The notes under the pieces were generated by a model, which searched no databases, was not told the DNA's origin, and saw nothing but the letters and a program-made list of their open reading frames with translations. Shown here piece after piece: positions 53,393 to 64,000 of a stretch of DNA of 64,000 nt (its first letter is position 1; each line of letters starts with the position of its first letter). Source of the DNA: Vicugna vicugna (lineage: Eukaryota); assembly GCA_013265495.1 (NCBI GenBank), contig MU058463.1, forward strand, positions 1,511,523 through 1,575,522. Reading direction: 5' to 3'. The translations under genes were made by a program, and so were the position numbers.

Positions 53393-54223
53393 ATAGCTTT
53401 GCTTCTATAAGGTCATCTGGATCAGGCCAACACTTACTGCTTACCTCCACACTAATTTCAAATTTCAGTCTTGAACTTGGGACTTTAATTCCCCAATTTC
53501 TAGTTCACATTCCTCTCCATATACACATTTAGGGCCTCTCTGGTTTTTCTATCTCCAAAAATAGTCAAAGTCTAAGTCAAAGTTAGAGATGATGATTAAT
53601 CCAACGACCTGAAACAAGCGCTAGAGAGAGACAATGTGAGGAGTGGAGTAACACATGCAAAAATTCCGGAGAGATGACTGGGGTCTAGATGCAGGTGATA
53701 CATGATGAAGGAAGAATTGGTGGGATACATTAGGTTAAAAGAGTCCTTGCTCAGAATATTCAGTGCAGATAGAAATAACACACTGTCGTGGGGGAACTGG
53801 ACATTGAGTAAGGCAGCCATTTGCACAATGTTGAGTCTGACTTGTTAATATAAAGAACCCTAGAGTCATGGAATAGTAATAGACAGAAAACCTCTGAAAC
53901 CACCTAGTTCACACCCCCTTGTTTTACAAATTTTAAAACCAAAGATCAAACACTTTGATTTACAAAATGTCAAATAGCTTCCTAAAAGAAATAAATTGGG
54001 ATGGACATTAGCAATAAGTGGAGCAAATGTGTGAATTACGGAGAGCGGCTGAATTCCTAAGTAAGCGCTGGATAACCAGCACATAAATAGGTAACAAAGA
54101 TTGATAAAAATAGCTCCTGAAAACTTCCACAGGCAAGGGAAGGCACCTCATGTGCCTCCCCTAAAGTAGACACAGAAAAAATTACCAGAAAAACCAAAAA
54201 GTGGAAGACATGGTTCTAGAAAC

Positions 54224-54700
54224 TGAATGAAAAATACTGCAAACCATATCAGTGAACAAAGAATACTGAAACCATCAAGTCATCAGCCGCTGCAGCCACC
54301 CCCCAGTGAAGACAAGCCTGTAGCCCGGCCTCTGCAGCCACTCCCAATGGTGCACCCTGAGGGGATTCAGAACGTGAAAGGACAGGATACTGGCCCTAAA
54401 TAGCTAGATGCTTGTCAAAGGAATGAATTCAATGAGCCCAAATGCTTGCTTCCTCCCATGCATAGAAAAGCACTAAATTCTTTAACTTGAGATGCCTGGT
54501 TTTCTTTAGATAACAAGTCATCTTTTATTGTTTCAACTACCCGGTCTTTGTTGTAAAGCTCCTATATATCCTAGCTCCTCCCCTACCTCTTCAGAGCAGT
54601 CCCTCAGAGGGATCTGAGAGGCTGTCATCCCAGCTCAAGTACGCCTGCCAAATAAAACTCAACTCTCAACTTTTAGGCTGCACATCTATTTCAGTAGACA
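54224..54700 (+). mobile_element. ERV1-type solo LTR
   Basis: TG...CA ends with probable TSD AAAC, TATA-like cctatata at ~54561, and aataaa at ~54651. Confidence 0.8.
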
Positions 54701-54744
54701 AAACCAACATCAGGAGGAGAAATGTAGAAGACTGGATAAAAAAA

Positions 54745-55120
54745 ACCAGGTTGCGTGATTAGTATGGTAGCCACTAGACACATGCAGTAATGGAAGGGCT
54801 TGAAAGCTGACTAGTTTAAACAGAGATATGCTTTATGTAAAATCTGTACCTAACAGGCTTTACAGACCCAGTATAAAAAAATATATAAAATATCTCATTA
54901 ATAATATATATTCATTACGTCCTGAGATGATATTATTTGGATATATTGGATTAAACAAAATACATTATGAAAACTAACTTGCCAGTTTTTTTTTCAATGT
55001 GCCTACTAGAAACTTCAAAATTACACTGATAAATTGGGAGTATGGGGAAAAAATAAAAATAAAATTACACAGGTGTCTCATATTTATGGTTCACATTATA
55101 TTTTTATTGGACAGTGCTGG
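54745..55120 (-). mobile_element. hAT-Charlie MITE (MER33/MER3-like)
   Basis: tatggtagccactagacacatg...tttggatatattggattaaac...tttttattggacagtgctg. Confidence 0.85.
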
Positions 55121-55204
55121 CGTGGAGAATATATGGAAAAGGACAGACAACAAACATGAAGCGAACAGCCTGTGTAGCCTGGGCATTTTTCATTTATGTT
55201 GTTT

Positions 55205-55573
55205 TGAGACAGAATGGAAGGGGGCAGGGCACAGCCACTCAAGGAATGACAGCAATTCAACAAGAAATGGTGGAAGATTCCACGCCCAGCTGGCCTTGAG
55301 GATTAAGCTGGCGGGAGGTTTGACTTCTACTAGACCTTGAGCTTCATTATATGCTCATTGTAACAGCGTGATCAATAACATGCCCACAGGTGCCATGACA
55401 GCCCCAAGGCTGACCGCAAAAAGCCAAAGAGTGGGCGGTGGCCCAATCCCTGGGAATCCCAGCCCCTTCCCCAGGGCAGTTGGAATGGTCCCACCTGTAG
55501 GCGTGTGAAGCTACTGAGCCCATAAAAACTGGCAACGCCACACCTAGCGGCCCTTTTTTCACTCCCTCCTCTT
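55205..55573 (+). mobile_element. MER41-like ERV1 LTR, truncated by the assembly gap
   Basis: tgagacag start; cattatatgctcattgtaa...cccacaggtgccatgacag...cccataaaaactggcaac. Confidence 0.8.
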
Positions 55574-56509
55574 NNNNNNNNNNNNNNNNNNNNNNNNNNN
55601 NNNNNNNNNNNNNNNNNNNNNNNNNNNNNNNNNNNNNNNNNNNNNNNNNNNNNNNNNNNNNNNNNNNNNNNNNNNNNNNNNNNNNNNNNNNNNNNNNNNN
55701 NNNNNNNNNNNNNNNNNNNNNNNNNNNNNNNNNNNNNNNNNNNNNNNNNNNNNNNNNNNNNNNNNNNNNNNNNNNNNNNNNNNNNNNNNNNNNNNNNNNN
55801 NNNNNNNNNNNNNNNNNNNNNNNNNNNNNNNNNNNNNNNNNNNNNNNNNNNNNNNNNNNNNNNNNNNNNNNNNNNNNNNNNNNNNNNNNNNNNNNNNNNN
55901 NNNNNNNNNNNNNNNNNNNNNNNNNNNNNNNNNNNNNNNNNNNNNNNNNNNNNNNNNNNNNNNNNNNNNNNNNNNNNNNNNNNNNNNNNNNNNNNNNNNN
56001 NNNNNNNNNNNNNNNNNNNNNNNNNNNNNNNNNNNNNNNNNNNNNNNNNNNNNNNNNNNNNNNNNNNNNNNNNNNNNNNNNNNNNNNNNNNNNNNNNNNN
56101 NNNNNNNNNNNNNNNNNNNNNNNNNNNNNNNNNNNNNNNNNNNNNNNNNNNNNNNNNNNNNNNNNNNNNNNNNNNNNNNNNNNNNNNNNNNNNNNNNNNN
56201 NNNNNNNNNNNNNNNNNNNNNNNNNNNNNNNNNNNNNNNNNNNNNNNNNNNNNNNNNNNNNNNNNNNNNNNNNNNNNNNNNNNNNNNNNNNNNNNNNNNN
56301 NNNNNNNNNNNNNNNNNNNNNNNNNNNNNNNNNNNNNNNNNNNNNNNNNNNNNNNNNNNNNNNNNNNNNNNNNNNNNNNNNNNNNNNNNNNNNNNNNNNN
56401 NNNNNNNNNNNNNNNNNNNNNNNNNNNNNNNNNNNNNNNNNNNNNNNNNNNNNNNNNNNNNNNNNNNNNNNNNNNNNNNNNNNNNNNNNNNNNNNNNNNN
56501 NNNNNNNNN
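55574..56509. other. Assembly gap (936 N)
   Basis: Run of N. Confidence 1.
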
Positions 56510-56575
56510 GAAGGAAGGAAGGAAGGAAGGAAGGAAGGAGTGAAAGGAGGGGAGGGAGGGAGGGAAGAAAGGAGG
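56510..56575. repeat. (GAAG)n / polypurine tract
   Basis: gaaggaaggaagg... abutting the gap. Confidence 0.95.
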
Positions 56576-57324
56576 AATCAAAACAGTAAAACCCTTAATG
56601 ATGCACATGTCTGCTTTGAAATGTTATATTTGACTCAGAGGCTAGCTTTTATTTCGTCTTTATGATAAAAGACCATGGATTTTGTATCATATATTGGTGT
56701 CACATTTTGCTTTGTCATTTAAGAGTTGTTTCCTCAACTTGTGGTATTTTTCTTAGTTACAGAAAATATGGAGTTGTGTGGGAGACACACTGTCACTCCT
56801 GTACTATTCAGCTTTGCTTTATTTGATATTATTTATTTTACTCTAAAATAGAAAGCCAAGATACACAATTCAGAACAAATAAATTCAACTGCCTTGAAAC
56901 TCAGCATGGGTAAATTTACAACCTTCCATCCATTGCTGTATATCTACCTATTTTTATTCTCTATTTTATTAGTGGCTCTAGCTGGGGCTGTTCACAGGAT
57001 TGTGGTTTCACGAAATTTCAAGGTGATGGTGCTCAGAGACCTTGATTAATAGCACCCAGGCCTCAAGCAATCCATTGACTTATGTAAGGTCATGCATTAA
57101 AATATCAAATTATAACAAAGATGCTTTTCCAAAACACACTAACAGTCACTGAACTTTATCACCTGAATCTTGAGAAAGTTTCTCCAGACATATGAAGTGG
57201 AATTAATTCACTCAGTTATAGCTATTGTGCAGCCAATACATTGCCTTGTGAAGAGACATCAAGAAACTCACTGAACATGGTTCCTGTTCTGGAAAACAGT
57301 GTAATGTCAAGAAGAAGAAAAAAC

Positions 57325-57850
57325 AATTTCAGTAATCTTTTGCTGTGTAACAATCTGCTCTGAAACTCAGTGGCTGAAATCAGCAGCCATTGTACTGCTC
57401 ACCACTCTGTGGGTCAGGAATTTGAGCAAGACTCACAGGAGAAATCTTGGCCCTTGCTCTGTACAGTGTTGGCTGGGGGGACCTGACTGAGGCTGAAGAA
57501 TCCAAGATGGCACACTCACATACTTTGGGTGCTCATGCTGGAAGTTGTCCTCCAGATGACCTTTGTCTGCACTTGGTAGTTTTAGTCTGCTTTTATCAGT
57601 TGGTAGTCTAGGCTGAACATCCTTCCAAGGGTGAAAATGGAAACTTCAAGACTTCTTAAGACTTAGAGCCAGAAATCACACAGTGTCACATCTGTTGCAC
57701 GCCATTGGTCATAGCTGGTCACAGGACCGGCACAGTTCAAGAGGAAGGGAAAGAGATTTCATCTCTTGATAGTAAGAGTGATAAAGTTACATCACTAAGG
57801 GGCTAGTGGGGTGGGAGGAACTGTAGCCTTCTTTGAAAACAATATGCCAA
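57325..57850 (-). mobile_element. MaLR (MLT1-type) LTR
   Basis: ttgctgtgtaacaa...ctcagtggctgaaa...ctgtgggtcaggaatttg...tccaagatggc...ccattggtcatagc. Confidence 0.88.
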
Positions 57851-58569
57851 GCACTTGTAAAACAAATGAGAATAAAAAGTGAAGGAATGGATACAAAAGA
57901 TTCACATTTATATAGATAATTATGACAGAAGAATTTTAAGAAGCTGCTGCAGTACTTAGAACCGTCTAAGAAGGGCCATTCAATCTTTTTTGAAAAGAGA
58001 CTATCATCCATTTCCTTACAGACTTAAAATGATCAGGATATATTACTGCTGATAACAAAGTCGCCCCAAAAGTAAGCTGGAGGTGAAATAAGCGGGCACG
58101 CATGCTATGAGCAAATTATTTATCACATCAAGCCACAGTGAGGAGGCTCTCTAACAACCTTCTCCACTCTTACACTGCCATTGCCTAAAAAGAAAATTTA
58201 AGGCCACTAAAATCATTAAAATCAGAACTTTATGACAAATTTTTAAAAAAAATATTGCTTCACAAACACAAATTTTTTTTTAAATTAAAAACTCTCATGA
58301 CCTGCCTATGGGGATTTTTTTCAAATGTAATCCTGGATTAGATATAGGGCTACATTGTGTTTATGATTTCTCTAGAGAAAACTTCTGTTGTCCTCTCAAA
58401 GGAATAAAGCAAATGCTTTTGGAAATGAAATGACATGTAACTGGGAATCTGTGCATAATTTGCCGCTCTATTTTCTGAGTGTTAACTCATTTGCAGATAA
58501 TTTAGCATTTTTATATATATATATGAACTTATTTAAACTTCACAGTGACTTTATGAGGCACTACGGCAG

Positions 58570-58970
58570 AAAACTGAATGACCTCTGGGCCATTCTTCTC
58601 ACCTTCCCCAATCTTGAAGCTGAGCACATGGCTGCTCGCCCAAAGAACATATTTTGCAATATCCCTGAAAGCTAGGGGTGATCTTTCAGCAAAGGATAAG
58701 GGTATAATGTATATTAAGTTCCCAAATATTTCCTGTAAAACAGCTGTCATAAGGTCCCTTCATCCCTTCTGCTAGCTGAAGACAATGAAAATTATAATAG
58801 CCACCTTGAACCCACAAGGTGTAGCTATGGGTGAGACTTAAAGGGCCAATTTCTTGCTCTAAATGCTCCCCTACCTTTGGATTATGATGTGAGTGAGAAA
58901 TAAATTCCTACATTTACGAATCCATTGTAGTTGGAGGTTTTGTTTTTATAGTAGCTTACCCTATACCTTA
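58570..58970 (+). mobile_element. MaLR (MLT1-type) LTR fragment
   Basis: agccaccttgaaccc...gtgagaaataaattcct...ttttgtttttatagtagc. Confidence 0.65.
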
Positions 58971-60014
58971 GCTATTAGCTTTTAGAGAGTCTAAGTTAGA
59001 AGGAGTTACTTGAGAAGTTCATCCAGGTGCACTGTAGCTGCAATGAATAGGTCTCACTATTTTCAGTTGAAATTCTCCACCACGAACCCCTCCATCAAAG
59101 GTTCTTACCAATAGTTGAAGTGGGGCTGAGACTTGGATATTTTCAGTTTAATGCCTTTCCACGAGGAAAACATTTTGTATAGTTTCCCATCCTTGTTTTA
59201 AATAATCTTGAAACAAGATAAATTCCTGCTAACTGGATTAATTTCACTCTGGTTTAATTCTAGGAAAATAACAGAGTGAAAGAGTATGAGGGCCAGGGAG
59301 ATCCTGGCTAGAATGCCCTGTGTCCCTTCATTGGTCAACTGTTTACATTGCAGAGTCTTAAGAATTTCACTTCTTTCCCTTCCTGTTTGTCTTCATGAAC
59401 AAGTTAAATGGGACTCCAAATTGCAATTGTTTGTAAACCCCACAGAGGGTTATTTGGTTGATAGGAAAGGCTTGTCTATAATTTTAGATAAACTTAAGTC
59501 CTGTGTACTAGAAACAGGCAAACGTTAGTCCTGTACTAACAAACCGATGATCGTTTGGTCTCCATCTCAGGTTCACTGCTTATAACATGGCTAATTGCCC
59601 GCTGAGGGTAGACTAAACTGTGTAGAGTTAGTGAATTCCACTAAAAGTACATATTTAACCATACGGTTAATAGAAGAGGGAATGTCAGCGTGTTCTGTTT
59701 CCTGATTCTCTTCCTGTATTCATACTTGAATTGCTTCAGAAACGTGCAAGCGAGGAGGTAGATCCACCCATGTGCTGATATGTCCCCAACGTAGTTTAAC
59801 TTCGCCTTCCCACCCTCTCACATTTCTTAAGAAAATTAAGACTAAAACAGCAAAAACAACAAGCCACCTCTTTTTCTTTTTCTCTTCCTAAAAAGAAACA
59901 CCAAGTTAGAGTGGTAAAGAAAAACATGAAAGGCCTCAGAAATATCAGTTGCAAGTTGACACCAAAATTTCAAACTAGCTGTATTTCTCCACTTTTCTTT
60001 CATTTAGCTGTCAT

Positions 60015-62285
60015 TTTCCTTCTAGGTTTGTAGAGATATAATTGATATATAACCTCGTTTTTGAGGTCTACAATGTGTTGGCTTGATCCACTTGTATATT
60101 GTGAAATGATCACCACAGTAGGGTTAGTTAACACTTCCATCAGCTCACATAACTACTGTTTCTTTTTTTTGTGGTGAAAATATTTAAGATCTATTCTCTT
60201 GGCAATTTTAAAGTACACAATACAGGACTGTGAAGTATTTTTACCATAGTGAACACCAGGTCCCCAGAATGTATTCATCTTATAACTGGAAGTTTATACC
60301 CTTTGACTAACACCCCCCAACTTGCCCCACCCACAGCCACTGGCAATCACTCGTCTATTCTCTGTTTTTATGAGTTTTTTTTTTTTTAGATTCCACAAAT
60401 AAGTGATAGTGTACAGTACTTGTTCTCTTCTGCTTTATTTATTTCATTTTGCCCTCAAAGGCCATCCATGTTGTCACCAATAATAGGATTTCCTTTTTCT
60501 TGTAGTTGAATAATATTCCATTGTGTGTATAGATCACTCCCAATTTATCCATTCATCTCTAGATGGATACTTAGGTTATTTCCATATGTTGGCTATTGTG
60601 AACAGTATTATAGTGAACATGGAGTACAGTTATCTCTTCAATTTCTGATATCGTTCCCTTTGAATATACATCCAGAAGTAAGATTGCTGAGTCATATGAT
60701 AATTCTATTTTTACCTTTTCTGAAAACCCTCCCTGCCGTTTTCCGTAACGGCTACCAATGTATATTCCCACCAAAGCTGAACAAGGGCTCTCTTTTTCCA
60801 CCTTCTCACCAACACTTGGTATCTCTTATATTTTTGATGACAGCCATTCTAACAGGTGTGCAATGATGTCTCATTGTGGTTTTCATTTGCATTTCCATGG
60901 TAATTAGTGATTTTGAGCATTTTTTCATGTACCTGTTGGCCATTTGGATGTCTTTTTAGAAAAATGTCTATTTAGTCCTTCTGTCTATTTTTTAATGAGA
61001 CTCTTTGTGCTTTGCTACTGAGTTGAATTAGTTCCTTATATATTTTAGATATTAACCCCTTATCAGATATATGACTTGTAATTATTTTCTTCCGTTTCAT
61101 AGGCTGCCTTTTCATTTTGTTGATTGCTTTTTTTGCTATGCAGAAATTTTTTAGTTTGATGTAGTCCTACTTATTTATTTATTAATCTTGCATTCTCTTT
61201 ATTGAAGTATAGTCAGTTTACAATGTTGTGTTAATTTCTGGTGTGCAGCATAATGTTTCAGTCACACATATATACATTCATTTCATATCCTTTCTCATTA
61301 TAGATTACTATAAGACATTGAATATAGTTCCCTGTACTATACAGTAAAAGCTTGTTGTTTATCTATTTTACATATAGTAGTTAGTATCTGCAAATTTTGA
61401 ACTCCCAATGTACCCCTTCCCACCCCCGTTGCTTATTCATTTCTGCTTTTGTTGCTTGTGCTTTTGGTGTTACATCCAGGAAGTTGTGCCTAAGACCAAC
61501 ATCAAGGGGCTTTTTCTCTATGCTTTCTTCCAGGAATTTTATGGTTTCGATCTCATGTTTTAGTCTATAATTCATTTGAGTTAATTTTTGTAAGTGATGT
61601 AAGACAGGAGTTTATTTCATTCTTATACATGTGATTATCCAGTTTTTTTTCACACCATTGATTGAAGAAACTAGCCTTTCTCTGTTGCATATTCTTGGTT
61701 CCCTTGTCAAATATTAGTTGACCTCATGTGTAAAAGTTTATATCTGGGCTCTCAATTCTGTTCCATTGGTCCATGCGTCTGTTTTTAATGCCAGTATTAT
61801 ACTACTTTGCTTAATAAATATTTGTAGTAGTTTGATATCAGGACATGTGATGTCTCCAGCTTTGTTCTTCTTTCTCAGGATTACTTTGGCTATTTGAAGT
61901 CTTTTATGATTCCATACAAACTTTAGGACTGTTTGTTCTATTTCTGTGAAAAACGCCACTGGAATTTTGAAGAGTATTCCACTGAATCTGTAGATAGCAT
62001 GGGGAAATATGAACATTCTAATACTAATAATATTAATTCTTCCTATCTATGAACATGAGACATCTTTCCATCTGTTTGTGTCTTCTTCAGCTTCTTTCAT
62101 CAAAGTCTTATACTTTTCAGTGTAGAGATCTTTCACTTCCTTGGTTAAATTTATTCCTGAGTATTTTATCGGTGTTGATGCTGGTGTGAATGGGATTGTT
62201 TCCTTTCTTTTTCAGAGATTTTTGTTGTTAGTACACAGAATGCAACTGATTCTGCATGTTGATTCTATATCCCTGAATCTTTACA
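60015..62285 (-). mobile_element. L1MA-type element (ORF2 3' half and 3' UTR)
   Basis: ORF 61738-62016 reads [48 protein letters not shown]. The 3' UTR lies at 60020-60400. Confidence 0.95.
61181..61431 (-). mobile_element. Younger L1 3' end nested in the older L1
   Basis: tttattgaagtatagtcagtttacaatgttgtg...cccaatgtaccccttccc. Probable TSD cttatt(t/c)attt at 61170-61180 and 61432-61442. Confidence 0.9.
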
Positions 62286-62584
62286 ATGAAATGAAGTAGC
62301 TAAATCTCCAGAGATGCTGAAGCAGACAAAGAATTAGGGCAATGGAAAGTCTTCTTAAGCATTTAGTAATATGTTGTACAGGCATCATACGAGAGTAAAA
62401 GAAAAAGACATAATTTCCCAGGGACAGTTATTAACATGAACAGTTTTATCCAAACTAAAAATCAAGAAAAAATATATGTGCTCCAAAGTCTTAATGGTAA
62501 AATCAGACATGTATTTGAGTTATTGTTCAAGTTTACCTCGTTGAGCCAAAGGCTATGCATACACTTCCAGAGACACTTAGCAAG

Positions 62585-63470
62585 TGATAGATAAATATTT
62601 ATAAAGCACCTACTAGATGCAATGCTACAAGCCAGGCATAGGTAAAACAATGGTGCAAATGTTGTAAACAAGAACAAGATATAGTTCATGCTCACTTGGA
62701 GCTTAAAGTCTAAAGAAGAAGAAAAGCACAAAACAATGAATGTCAATGACGATTGGTTAATAAGTCCGTTGTGCTGAAAGTAGATAATTAGTGATCATTT
62801 CTATTCAGAAGGTGTGAACTGGAGTCAGTCAAGGATTCCCTGAAGAAAGGATATTTAAGTTAAAAAGTGAAGAATTAGTAGGAGTTAGCTGGATAAAGAG
62901 ATGAGTAGAGAGTGAAAAGAAGAATTTCCAAAAGAAGGAAGAGCGTGGGTAAAGGTCCTGAGGCAGACAGGAGGAAAATATTGGAAGATGACCAGAGATC
63001 ACAGCTCAAGAAAGAGCATTGCAAGAGAGGAGGCTATTAAGGCAGGTAAGTCTAAGACCAGATAGGGCCTTAGAGACATTAATGAGTCAGTTATTTATCT
63101 TAAGAACAATCAGGAGGTATTGGGAGAGTTTTAACTAGGAAAAGAAATATAATAAGATCTGTACTATTATAAAGTTATCTACTGTATGAAGAATGATTGA
63201 AAGGGATCAGTGGTATATGTGGGGAAATAAAAGAGATTTTTTCCAGCATCCACATGAGAGAAGGTGGCTTGGCTATGGTAAAGGTACTTCAGATAAAGAG
63301 AAGATTTGAGAGTTTGCTAACCAGGTGGAATGAACCAGGCTGGACATGCGGATATAAGAGAGAAAGAAGACAAAGCCCGTAATGCCTCACAGATTCAGGG
63401 CAGGGACATATGAAAAATCTATCAGGATTCCTACTAAGTTTGGGTACCAGAGTTTGGGCACTTCCAGTCT
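62585..63470 (-). mobile_element. L2 3' region
   Basis: aaatatttataaagcacctact...ggagcttaaagtcta...aaaggtcctgaggcag...gagaaggtggcttggcta. Confidence 0.85.
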
Positions 63471-64000
63471 GCATAGCTTTGCAGTGAAGTATCCGTGAGA
63501 TATTTTCAGGGATCATTTGGATAATATTCTGCAGTCATCAGGAAAATGTATACCCTCTCCAAGGATTCTGAAAAACCTCACTGCAAAAAATTGGTCTTCA
63601 AAGAAGCTTGTGATTTGTACCCGGAAGCCCTGATATTTGCAACCCTCTAGTAATGCTGAGAGAAGCAGCTATAAGCCAAAGGAAGAAGGGACGCATCACT
63701 GTCTCTGGGAACTGAGCAGGAATGACAAGGAGCTCAGAGAGTGCCACTAAGCTTAGGGCAAGAGCACTAAATCACAGTTCTTTGCCAAGTATTTCTGGGG
63801 AAAAAGAAAATATTCTTTATAAAAGCTCCCAAAAGATGCTGCCGATTATCTACCTAGAGTTGGAATCCCAGAAATCCTGAATCAAGATATGAGCCTGTGA
63901 CAAACATTTTGTAGTCTCCCAATTATTAGTAGCAGAAAAATCTCAAGAAAGAAAATAAAAGTGGAGTATGATGCAAGCATCTCTTTGATGTAGCCCATGT

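Noticed and set aside
55559..56608. 349-aa ORF
   Set aside because: Artefact of the N gap plus the (GAAG)n repeat.
1..64000. CRISPR array, prokaryotic operon or defence system; inferring host-gene strand from L1 orientation
   Set aside because: The sequence is mammalian and has no regularly spaced repeats or dense ORFs. L1 copies occur on both strands and are too few to infer a strand.

Overview
AT-rich, repeat-dense mammalian genomic DNA, either a large intron or intergenic. It is probably camelid: it carries a tRNA-Ala-derived Vic-1-like SINE and cetartiodactyl-type L1 3' ends, and I saw no Alu, Bov-A/B, PRE or Can-SINE. I could not identify any protein-coding gene. The longer ORFs in the track are L1 ORF2 or Tigger remnants, products of a tandem duplication, chance ORFs, or an N-gap artefact. 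The window holds many L1 fragments, L2, MIR, CR1/L3, HAL1, MaLR/ERVL and ERV1 LTRs, Tigger and Charlie DNA transposon relics, three local tandem duplications and one 936-N gap. The best-supported unusual structures are in the 22-29 kb L1 cluster: a nested, 5'-inverted L1 with a large internal deletion; a triplicated TSD; a tail-to-tail inverted pair; and two L1 copies sharing odd substitutions. Elsewhere there are TSD-flanked micro-insertions, a cluster of three ERV1-type LTRs and a few unassigned minus-strand exon candidates. I found no evidence for a novel biological system. Repeat family names are recalled from consensus sequences, not from a database search.
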